Shown here: in pieces, positions 19,981 to 28,800 of the stretch
Numbering within the stretch: the stretch's first letter is position 1
Layout of the letters: each line of letters opens with the position of its first letter
Assembly: GCA_944368155.1 (NCBI GenBank)
Contig: CALVWW010000001.1
Span: 308,738 to 372,737 of the forward strand
Source: an uncultured Clostridia bacterium
Lineage (GTDB): Bacteria > Bacillota > Clostridia > Christensenellales > Borkfalkiaceae
Length of the DNA stretch: 64,000 nt
Direction of reading: 5' to 3'
Notes under the pieces: generated by a model
The model's database searches: none
Seen by the model: the letters and a program-made list of their open reading frames with translations, nothing else
What the model was told of the DNA's origin: nothing
Translations under genes and position numbers: made by a program

Positions 19981-20676
19981 TTACAGTATCTTCTGCAGCC
20001 TGAAACCTACTTTGTCGCATGAAGTAAGCACGTATTCCACCCCGTTTTTAAAACTTCTGAACGGAAAATACGCTTCCCCGTGCAGATGCCCGAAAACGGC
20101 CGTATCGACCTTGTTTTCCTCGAACAAGCGGGTAAAGAGCGTATCGCCGTTTTTTAGACTGTACGGAGGATAGTGAATCATCGCAATCAGTTTATCGCCA
20201 TCGCCGCGCAGTTTTTCAGCCTGCGCAAAACACAGCTTGAAGCGCTCCGCCTCGCGCAGGTATATCTTATTGTCCTGCTCGGTATAGTCGGGACTTCCCG
20301 GGCATGTCCACCCGCGCGAACCGCAGATGACGGTGCCGCCGAATTTCACGCAGTCATTCTGCAAAAAGTAAAAAGTTTCATCGGGCGCGCGGTCGCGCAA
20401 TTTGGTTATCCCGTTCCACCAATAGTCGTGGTTGCCGCGGATGAACACCTTTTTGCCGGGCAAAGGCCTGAGTCGCTCAAGGTCGTACAGCCCCTCGTCG
20501 AGAGTGATGCCCCAGCTTATATCGCCGCAGATAAGCACGATATCGTCATCGGTAACCTTTTCACGCCAGTCGGCGCATATTTTATCAAAATGCCCTTCCC
20601 AGCCTCCGCCGAAGATATCCATCGGCTTAGGGTTGACGCCAGACAGGTGCAAATCGCTTATAGAATAGATATTCAT
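19981..20676 (-). CDS. Metallophosphoesterase (calcineurin-like)
   Basis: Met at 20676 (MNIYSISDLHLSG...), with GDISWG, GNHDYWW and FGHLH motifs. Confidence 0.85.
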   Translation of the reverse strand: MNIYSISDLHLSGVNPKPMDIFGGGWEGHFDKICADWREKVTDDDIVLICGDISWGITLDEGLYDLERLRPLPGKKVFIRGNHDYWWNGITKLRDRAPDETFYFLQNDCVKFGGTVICGSRGWTCPGSPDYTEQDNKIYLREAERFKLCFAQAEKLRGDGDKLIAMIHYPPYSLKNGDTLFTRLFEENKVDTAVFGHLHGEAYFPFRSFKNGVEYVLTSCDKVGFRLQKIL

Positions 20677-20989
20677 ACAATAATGATAGCATAACACGAA
20701 AGGTTTTAAAAGCATTTTTACAGCCGAAAAAGGCAAAAAGTGACACATAAGCCGCTTGCAACAACTTGTAAAAACAATATAAAATATCCGAAGGGCAGCA
20801 GGCATATTCGGCGCTTACAATCAGATATTGCCATTAATACAAAAAATTACGACATAATATTACAAATAAACACACTCAAGAAGTTTTTGCCGGTTTTTGT
20901 TAATTTTTTTTATTATCATAGTAATTTATTGCAAAATTTTTACAGAAAGATGATATCATTATTACAAACCAACGCAAGAGGAACCGACC

Positions 20990-21775
20990 ATGGACGAAAA
21001 ACTTACATTGCTTTTAATTGAAGACGACCCTGCTGCCTGCAAGGAGATGCTGGGAGAAATCAATAACAGCGGCGACTGCTTTGAACTTATCGGCGTGACA
21101 AATAACCCCAACCGCGCTCTGCAGCATGTTTGGGATTCGCGCCCCGACGCTGTGATTTTAGACCTCGATTTAAACGACAGCGCCGACGACAGCTTAGAAT
21201 TTTTAAAGAAACTGAAGACGACCGACATATCCCGCCCTCCCTTCGTGCTGGTGCTCACGCATTCTACAAGCACGCTTTCAAACAAGATGGTGCGCGAGTA
21301 CGGTGCCGACTACATCATGTCAAAAAATCAGCAGGGCTACAGTGCAGCCGGAGCAATCGACTTCATGAAAACCATGAAGAGTTTTATAACCTCGCGCAAA
21401 CCTGAAAGCACCTGCATAGGTGATATGCAGTCGGACGAAATGAAAGAACGCCGAATTCAGAGAAGAATTTCGAACGAGCTCGACAAGCTCGGTATAAGCG
21501 CAAAATCTATAGGTTACCGCTACCTTATCGACGCAATAGCCATAATTATGAAGCAACCGGTTCAGCATGTTTGCAATGTGATAAGCAAAAAGTACGGAAA
21601 GACAGGCAACAGCGTCGAGCGAGCCATGCAGAATGCGATAAACCGTGCATGGGCCGCCACAAGCGAAGAGGAACTCAAGGCCAATTATACCGCCAGAATC
21701 AAGTCCTCCAAGGGCATACCTACAATTACAGAATTTATCTTCTATTACGCAAAAAAACTGAACAATGAGTTCTGA
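20990..21775 (+). CDS. Response regulator with Spo0A-type C-terminal DNA-binding domain (Spo0A-like, divergent)
   Basis: 261 aa. The receiver has EDD, DAVILDLDL, LT and SK positions. The C-terminus aligns by eye with Spo0A_C: GISAKSIGYRYLIDAI vs GVPAHIKGYQYLREAI; NSVERAMQNAINRAW vs SRVERAIRHAIEVAW; IPTITEFI vs KPTNSEFI. Confidence 0.75.
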   Translation: MDEKLTLLLIEDDPAACKEMLGEINNSGDCFELIGVTNNPNRALQHVWDSRPDAVILDLDLNDSADDSLEFLKKLKTTDISRPPFVLVLTHSTSTLSNKMVREYGADYIMSKNQQGYSAAGAIDFMKTMKSFITSRKPESTCIGDMQSDEMKERRIQRRISNELDKLGISAKSIGYRYLIDAIAIIMKQPVQHVCNVISKKYGKTGNSVERAMQNAINRAWAATSEEELKANYTARIKSSKGIPTITEFIFYYAKKLNNEF

Positions 21776-21903
21776 TTTAATCTACGCGCACAATGTACAC
21801 AGCAATTAAACTTGTCGTGTTTAATGAGATATCGCAAATAAAGTTTTGCAAAATTGCCGATTTTTGACCATATAACTTTTCATTACTGTTAAAGCATAAA
21901 TAC

Positions 21904-21931
21904 GGGCGCGCGCCTAAAAAGGCGCGCGCCC
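21904..21931. terminator. Bidirectional terminator hairpin
   Basis: GGGCGCGCGCC-TAAAAA-GGCGCGCGCCC followed by GCTTTTAT, between convergent genes. Confidence 0.75.
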
Positions 21932-22000
21932 GCTTTTATAAGGAGAATTTATTTATCAGCTTATGCCGGTAAAGGCACTCTGTAAGATTACCATAGCCGA

Positions 22001-22654
22001 TTATTTTGTTCTGCTGTTGCCCTGAGGATACAGCGGGAGCTCAAAAAATCCGGCACATACCTCCTGCGAGTAGTCCTGCGCGGGCGGAATGGCGCAATAG
22101 CCGTAGCTGGGAAGAAGTATTTCCACGTCGATGGCTACTTTCAAAATGATTGTAAGGCACACGTTGACTGTAAAAGTGTTCTCCCCTTCATTGAATGTGC
22201 CTTCTGCGCACACCGCGCTCACTTCGGCGGTGACCCTGTAAGGCATTATTGAGGGCGCTGGAACAAACAGAAGCACATCCTGTTTAACCGTAACTACCGA
22301 GCGAGCCGTTCCTTCGACGCCGCATGCGTCGGTATACAGCACCTCGACGGGAATGTTTACCGTTGCCTGCACTCTGGCGCAGCCCGGTTTATCTGCAAGG
22401 CGGTCGACGCAGAGCGATGTGATTACGCCCTTTGACGAAACTGACTTTGCGCTGATAAAAGTCAGGGGGTATGTAGGGTTGCACGGCTCAAGGTCGGTCA
22501 ATGTGAGAGTGTAGTTTTCAAGCTGAATCTGCTTGATACAGGCATCGAATATCTTTTGTGCCTGGATGCACACCTTTTCACACATTCCGTTCAGCGGGTT
22601 GCCGCTTATTGCGCCCGGGCATTTATCCGACTGAAAATTGGAAAAAAATGACAT
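22001..22654 (-). CDS. Hypothetical Cys-containing protein (no family recognised)
   Basis: 217 aa, no signal peptide or TM helix. The N-terminal part reads CEKVCIQAQKIFDACIKQIQLENYTLTL. SD GGAGG lies 8 nt upstream of the ATG. Coding potential is judged from length, SD and a codon style like the neighbours. Confidence 0.6.
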   Translation of the reverse strand: MSFFSNFQSDKCPGAISGNPLNGMCEKVCIQAQKIFDACIKQIQLENYTLTLTDLEPCNPTYPLTFISAKSVSSKGVITSLCVDRLADKPGCARVQATVNIPVEVLYTDACGVEGTARSVVTVKQDVLLFVPAPSIMPYRVTAEVSAVCAEGTFNEGENTFTVNVCLTIILKVAIDVEILLPSYGYCAIPPAQDYSQEVCAGFFELPLYPQGNSRTK

Positions 22655-22840
22655 TTTTAACCTCCGTTTTTATTAGGAAGCGCGCCGCACGCGCCTTTTG
22701 CCTTCAACAGGCGGGCGCCAATGCGTTTTAAACGACGTTCGCTTGCGGCGCGGCAGTTTTTTATAGTGTATTATATGATTTTCGCCGTTTTTTATTTACA
22801 GCCCGGGGAGCTTTTGTTGCGCGCCTGAAAGAGGTTAATT

Positions 22841-23134
22841 TTACTGGTCGTTTCCGGGGGCGGGAATGATAAGTTTGCAAGTCGGATACACCGCTTTTCC
22901 GCCGTTGATTTTTTTCAGCCGCTCCTCAGCAACATTGAATTTTGCCGCAATGGAGGAGTAGTTCTCCCCCACGCGCGCCGAATATACTTTGAAAGAGCCG
23001 CTGTAAATGGCGATAATATCCCCGCATTGCGCGTCTTCAGGTACGGGACAACCGAAAACGCGCGAAATCTGTTCTGAAGTCTGCCCGCGCTTCACCCTGT
23101 AAAGCGGCGGTCTTGCAAGTTTAAGCTCGTACAT
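22841..23134 (-). CDS. Small LysM-domain protein
   Basis: 97 aa. Two LysM-like segments: YRVKRGQTSEQISRVFG and YSARVGENYSSIAAKFNVAEERLKKINGG...KLIIP. Confidence 0.7.
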   Translation of the reverse strand: MYELKLARPPLYRVKRGQTSEQISRVFGCPVPEDAQCGDIIAIYSGSFKVYSARVGENYSSIAAKFNVAEERLKKINGGKAVYPTCKLIIPAPGNDQ

Positions 23135-23245
23135 CGCTATATTTTATGCGTCTGCAACCGATTTTGTGACAGCTTTTACAAATATAACGCAGAAATGGCC
23201 GCATTGCGCACATATTCGGTGCGCGGAACTTGTAGAATATTGTTG

Positions 23246-24775
23246 ATGAGTACAAGTATTTACAAAACTACCGCTCAGGTCACCATTTTTTCCACAATAG
23301 AAAAGACGCTGAGCTTTATTTACAGGATAGCCCTCTCGCGCATGATAGGCGCCGAGGGACTCGGCATTTATCAGATAGCGCTCTCGGTATTTTCCGTGCT
23401 TCTCACGGCCGCCTCCTCCGGCGTGCCGGTAACAGTTTCACGTCTGATAACAAAACAGAATGCACTTGGCAACACCGCCGGACGCAGCGCAGTAGTCACC
23501 GCCGGAATAGTGAGCACCCTTATTTTCACCGTGCCTGCCGTGGCGCTGATTTTCGGCGGACAGAGGATATTCGGACTGCTTTTTTCTGACCGGCGTTGTC
23601 TTGAAGTATTTCTCATAATTCTGCCGGGACTTATCATCACTTCGATTTATTCGGTGATGCGCGGCGCGTTCTGGGGAGACAGGCAGTTTATGCCGTATTC
23701 ACTCATAGAGCTCGCCGAAGATGCGCTTATGGTAGGCCTGGGCTGCATTCTTGTCGCGGGAGCGGCAGGCGCCGCCGACGGGGCAAGAAGAGCGGCAATC
23801 GCCGTATTCGTATCCTACGTGTTTTCATTCATTGTATCGCTGCTTTGGTATTTTAAAAAGGGCGGAAGGCTGGTAAACCCGAAGAGCCAGCTCAAACCGC
23901 TCCTCTCCTCCTCTCTGCCCGTCACGGCAATGCGCACGTCAACTTCGCTGCTGAACTCGCTTGTCGCCGTGCTGATGCCATTTTTGCTCGTAAAGATGTG
24001 CGGACTGACCGACAGCGAGGCCGTAAGCCTTTACGGCGTGGCGGCAGGCATGGCTGTACCGATACTGTTTATCCCGTCGTCGCTTATAGGGAGCATAGCG
24101 GTAGTGCTGGCGCCAGAGCTTTCGGAAAATTTCTACAAAAACCGCACTGACATGCTGAAACAGGATGTGGAAAAATCTTTAAAGGCAGCCATTTTAATCG
24201 CTCTTACGATAATCCCCGTGCTGTTTGCGCTCGGTCAGTCTGTGGGCGAGGTGCTTTTCGGTGAAAGTCTGAGCGGCGAAATCGTAAAAAACTGCTGCTT
24301 TATCCTGCTGCCGATGTGCCTCTCCATGATAACCAACACCATACTCAACTCCATGAACAGGGAGAAGGAAACTCTGATTTATTACTTCTGCGGAGCGGCG
24401 GCTACGCTAATCTGCATAGCCGCGCTCACGCCGCTTATCGGAGTGTATTCCTACGTTGCCGGTCTTGCGGCAAGCTTTGTGATAACTGCTGCGCTGAACA
24501 TGAGATTACTCAAAAAGCTGTGCCCCGGGATAAAGATTGCGGGCTATAGCGCGCGCGGCATATTTGCCTGCGCTATGAGCTGCGCATTCGGACACATGCT
24601 CATGGGAATACTTGAGAACTACCTCATGCCTCTGCCGAGGCTGACGGTTTGCGGCGTACTGCTTGCCGCATTTGTTGCAACTGCCTTCCTTCTGCTGAAG
24701 ACCTATTCGCTTGAACCGGCAAAACATGCGCTAAAGCGTAGGATTGCAAGCAGAAAAGCCAGGCAGAAAAACTGA
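23246..24775 (+). CDS. MOP-superfamily polysaccharide/lipid II flippase (SpoVB-like)
   Basis: About 509 aa and about 14 TM helices. The N-terminus MSTSIYKTTAQVTIFSTIEKTLSFIYRIALSRMIGAEGLGIYQ resembles SpoVB/MurJ-type proteins. The ORF-track start at 23195 lacks an SD. The start is uncertain. Confidence 0.75.
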   Translation: MSTSIYKTTAQVTIFSTIEKTLSFIYRIALSRMIGAEGLGIYQIALSVFSVLLTAASSGVPVTVSRLITKQNALGNTAGRSAVVTAGIVSTLIFTVPAVALIFGGQRIFGLLFSDRRCLEVFLIILPGLIITSIYSVMRGAFWGDRQFMPYSLIELAEDALMVGLGCILVAGAAGAADGARRAAIAVFVSYVFSFIVSLLWYFKKGGRLVNPKSQLKPLLSSSLPVTAMRTSTSLLNSLVAVLMPFLLVKMCGLTDSEAVSLYGVAAGMAVPILFIPSSLIGSIAVVLAPELSENFYKNRTDMLKQDVEKSLKAAILIALTIIPVLFALGQSVGEVLFGESLSGEIVKNCCFILLPMCLSMITNTILNSMNREKETLIYYFCGAAATLICIAALTPLIGVYSYVAGLAASFVITAALNMRLLKKLCPGIKIAGYSARGIFACAMSCAFGHMLMGILENYLMPLPRLTVCGVLLAAFVATAFLLLKTYSLEPAKHALKRRIASRKARQKN

Positions 24776-24797
24776 TAAAAAACTCCAAAGCGCACAA

Positions 24798-24842
24798 AGC
24801 GCCGGCGGGCTTTAACATTTAAGCCCGCCGGCGCTTCTGTTT
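24798..24842. terminator. Bidirectional terminator hairpin
   Basis: 15-bp stem AGCGCCGGCGGGCTT / AAGCCCGCCGGCGCT followed by TCTGTTTTG. Confidence 0.75.
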
Positions 24843-24885
24843 TGCCTATGCGCCGCCGATTGATTTGCTTTGCAAAAAGAAATTT

Positions 24886-25278
24886 TTATGTGCGCCGCTT
24901 CTGCATGCGTGCGCGCAGGGCGGCATAAGAATCGTACGCCTGTTTTATTGCAAGGGCTATTAAGAAAGCGCCGAACATGCGCCTTAACAGAGCAGACGGG
25001 GTTACGGATGCGAGAAATGCTCCGCCCACCGAAAAGACCACGGCAGGCACTATTATCCACAATGAACCGCGCGACTTTATCAGCCCGTTGCCCGAATGTA
25101 TTTTCAGACTTATGAGCGCCATAGGCAGAAATGCAAGCAGGTTTGCCGCCTGCGCCACATGCTGCTCCACGCCCATGAATATTGTGAGCGCGGGAATGAG
25201 TATGGTGCCGCCGCCCATGCCCATTCCGCCGAGCAGACCTGCGCTGAAAGACAGTAAAATTATTATTATCGAACCCAT
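24886..25278 (-). CDS. Half-size TSUP/TauE-SafE family membrane protein (second of pair)
   Basis: 130 aa and about 4 TM helices. It has the motif GLLGGMGMGGGTILIPAL and its own GGAG upstream. Confidence 0.75.
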   Translation of the reverse strand: MGSIIIILLSFSAGLLGGMGMGGGTILIPALTIFMGVEQHVAQAANLLAFLPMALISLKIHSGNGLIKSRGSLWIIVPAVVFSVGGAFLASVTPSALLRRMFGAFLIALAIKQAYDSYAALRARMQKRRT

Positions 25279-25298
25279 TTGAAAGTAATCTCCGAAAA

Positions 25299-25664
25299 TC
25301 AGGGCATTAACATTCTGATGCCGGCCGCGAGCATGGCCGCAACGAATATTGCTTTGACCGCGGCGAGAGGAAGTCCGTTTAAAAGCAGGGCGCCCACCGC
25401 ACCTCCCGCAGTCATTCCGACAGCGGCGGGTATTACCACATAAGGAAGAGCGAACCCTGAGATAATATATGCAACCGCGCCCGCCAGACTTACGGGAGCA
25501 ATAATGAGTATGGCGGTTGCATGCGCCGCCTTTTCTTCATAATTCATGGCGCCTGAAAGCAGCGGCACGGCTATCATTCCGCCTCCTCCTCCGAACAGAC
25601 CGTTGGCTATGCCGATTGCCGCGCCCGAAAGCATTGCGGCCAGTTCCCTGTAAAAACCTTTCAT
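25299..25664 (-). CDS. Half-size TSUP/TauE-SafE family membrane protein (first of pair)
   Basis: 121 aa and about 4 TM helices. It has the motif GLFGGGGGMIAVPLL and GGAGG upstream. Confidence 0.75.
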   Translation of the reverse strand: MKGFYRELAAMLSGAAIGIANGLFGGGGGMIAVPLLSGAMNYEEKAAHATAILIIAPVSLAGAVAYIISGFALPYVVIPAAVGMTAGGAVGALLLNGLPLAAVKAIFVAAMLAAGIRMLMP

Positions 25665-25845
25665 TTATCCTCCGCCGGGCATATTTAAGCACCGTTTGAA
25701 AAAAGTTTGCGCATTTTAAATAAATTTAACTGTTTTTTCATTTAAACTGTTGGAAAATTGCTTGCTTATAATCACCTTTTATATTAAAATATCATAGTAC
25801 GGTTTTTAAAGTTTTTGCATTACTACAAATATTTGCAGGTGTTAT

Positions 25846-28800
25846 ATGTACAGAAAAAGATATCACTTAAAATCCGGATGGAGGAAACTTTCCGTAGCGC
25901 TCTTGTCTGGCGTTATGGCAGTATCGCTCGGCTTCGCCGCGGCTTGCGCGGCCGAAGAAGATGACGATGACAAGGAGACAACATCGTCATCTACGGATAC
26001 ACAGACCATTTTGAACGGCAATTTCGAGTTTTTTGACGACAGCGATGAAAACACTCACATAATATATACGCCGAACAGCTGGTCGCAGAGCACATCGGGA
26101 CAGACCAACTACTCGATGAACGGCATTATAGACACAAGCGCAAGCGGCTGGGATACTATTTCCGCCGACGACCTTGCTGCGAGGTTGGAATATAACTACA
26201 ACCTTGATGAGGACGACGACAATTACGACGACCTCTATGTCGATTATAACGGCATGCGCGAACGCGACATTCCATATGCAAACCCCCATGCCGCCCTCGA
26301 TGATGACGCCGCCGACGAGGACAAGGCTCTTATCGATAATCCCCTCACCCACGACGTAATTACGGCCGGCTCCGGAAACACCGCAACTTATGTCGACGAA
26401 AACGGCGAGACGGTAACTCTGTATGCCGACGAAGAGGGCAACTATTACACCGATTCCGAGCTTACAACTCCATACGAGAGCCATGTGCTCATGATACACA
26501 ACTACCGCAATATCGATTACCGCTACGGCACCGCGCAGTCGTACTCTTCTTCGAGCACGGTTACGCTTGAACCCAACACCGCGGCTGAGATATCGGTATG
26601 GGTAAAGACCTCCGACCTTGTTTACAACCGCGACGGAGAGACGCCCGAAGAGGGACTCGGCGCATATATCGCCGTTGAACAGACCGTAGGTTCGACCTCA
26701 ATCGACACATTCTATATCGAGGCCATCAACACTGCCGGCATTACCGAAAACAACGGCTGGGTACAGTACACGATTTTTGTGCAGGGCTGTGACTTTGCGG
26801 CCAGCACGATATCGGTTGAAGTCGGTCTCGGAAGAGCGGATGACGACGACGATTATTCCAAAGTACTTGAAGGCTATGCCTTCTTCGACGATATCACCTG
26901 CACTCTTTATCCCGACATTTCCGACAGTGAGAACTACAACGCGGCTCTCGACGCAGGATATTTAAGGGATGAAGGCACAGCTTCCGACACGGTGTGCACG
27001 ATAACCGATTCGGATGACGAGAAAGTATTTGTATACGACAATTTCAAAAACAATGCAGGTTTTGCAGACGGTGACGGCAGAAACTTCCTCATTGACCTGG
27101 CATGGAGACAGGCGCGAGAAGACAGCGCGCTGAACAGCTCAACGACCGAAGCAGCCCTCACCGTTGACGACGACAACTACGTTACGTCCTCCTCCACTCC
27201 CTCGTTTGTAAACGTTGGAACAAAGGACAACGGAAACGTGCATTTGAACACCGGGCTTGATATTTCAACGGCAAACGACGTCATCGCGGCTTTCACTCTC
27301 GGAAATCTTTCACAGCAGATATCCGATAACAGAAATATTGCCGGCGTAGGCAACTACGCCTCCACGATAGAAAACGTGCTTTCCGGCGCGTTATCTCTCC
27401 CCGGTGCCGACTCGAACACCACGGCGCTCATGCTTCTCTCCTCCCGCGGAGCGGCGTATACCGCTTCTGTATCGGGCAGCGGCAACAGCTTTACCGTTGA
27501 GGGCGGCGGACATAAGATAATTTCCATGTGGGTAAAAACATCTGACATGGACGGATTCAGCGCCGCTACAATAACCGTCTATGACGAGGCGGATGAAGAA
27601 ACTTCGGCTTCGCTCAGCGTAGACTCGACTGGCGTTACGTTCGACGTGGGCGATGAAGAGGACATCTACGGCGGTTGGGTTCAGTGCTTCTTCTATGTTG
27701 AAAACCCGCTCGACGTTGAAAAGACGTTCAGGATAGACTTCAGCTTCGGCAACTCTTCGATAAACGGTACTACGGCAGCTTCTTATAAGGCGGGCTATGC
27801 GGCAGTATCAAACATTCAGACTTTTGACGTTGAAGAAGATGTATTTGACCTCGCAACAACAGGCTCGTATGCCGCAAGCTTCTCCTTCGAAAGCACGGAT
27901 AACCGCGAAAACAGCTACTTCGACAGCGTATACGGTGCGCTCAACAACAATATTGAGAGCAACATCTCCCGTCCCTCCTCATACAACGGAGCATACGGCG
28001 CGAGCGCTTCCGTCGTATACAAGGATGAAATTTATCCCGACGGCTACGACGGCAGGAACAACAACGAGAATGCCGGCCTTGTAAATCAGGATTACTTCTA
28101 CTCCTACATTGAAAATGCCAAGGAAGACTCAAGTTCATACGTCTGGCTTACCGAGCTTCTTGCAAGCAAAGGCATGAGCCTCTCGAGCATAAACGCGGCG
28201 ACCGCCGCGGCAGAGGCGTGGAACGAGATATTCGGCAGCGAAACCATTCAGCCCCTGCTTATCGTAAATACTGTTAAAGTATTTGCCGAGAATAATATTG
28301 CCGGAATGAACTACGGCTTTATGGCAGGCGAGGCAACTTCTGTTTCATCGTCAAGCTACCAGGCAATCAGCGTAAGAGTTAAGGTGAGCGCCGGCGCAGT
28401 TGCTTACGTATACCTCACAGAGGACGGCAACCGTACCGAAATTTCTTCGTTTGCTCTCCCCTCCTACAGCTTCTGGTATGACAATCTGGGCAACGTGCTC
28501 GACGGCGAGCCCGACTATGATGACGACAGTTACGACGCCCGCGACCATATAGTTTACTACCTGCGCAGCGACGGACTGTATGAAGACAGCGAGGGCAACC
28601 TGTTTGCCAACATGTACAACTACTCGCGCGAGTATTACGACGAGACCGTGGAATACTACGCGGAGGGCGAAAGCCAGCCTACGGCTTTCGAAGATATCGA
28701 TTCTGATAAAGTATACTATATAAGTGCGGCCGATGCGGCAAGCGGAGGCGTTCAGGCTCCCCACTACCTCGTTGCAGAGGGCGACGGCAGCACGACGAGG

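Noticed and set aside
17392-20805. N-terminally extended versions of pyrC (448 aa), pyrB (383 aa) and the metallophosphoesterase (274 aa) in the ORF track. The same issue affects serS, sigH, the exonuclease, the nitrilase and degV elsewhere.
   Set aside because: In each case an internal Met gives the family-typical N-terminus. That start often creates an ATGA overlap with the upstream gene or has an SD. The extensions cover leaders or neighbouring genes.
22655-22840. A sigma-K-like -10 (CATATAATA) upstream of the 217-aa gene.
   Set aside because: There is no AC -35 element at the required 16-17 nt spacing. The match to a short degenerate consensus in AT-rich DNA is not meaningful on its own.
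25053-25061. A perfect DnaA box, TTATCCACA.
   Set aside because: It is a single isolated box inside the TSUP coding sequence. There is no cluster, no AT-rich DUE and no dnaA or dnaN nearby.
24886-25664. The possibility that the two TSUP half genes are one frameshifted pseudogene.
   Set aside because: Each half has its own start codon and GGAG-type SD, a clean stop, and a complete 4-TM unit with its own GGG-x4-P motif. The 20-nt spacer looks like a normal intercistronic region. This still needs read-level confirmation.
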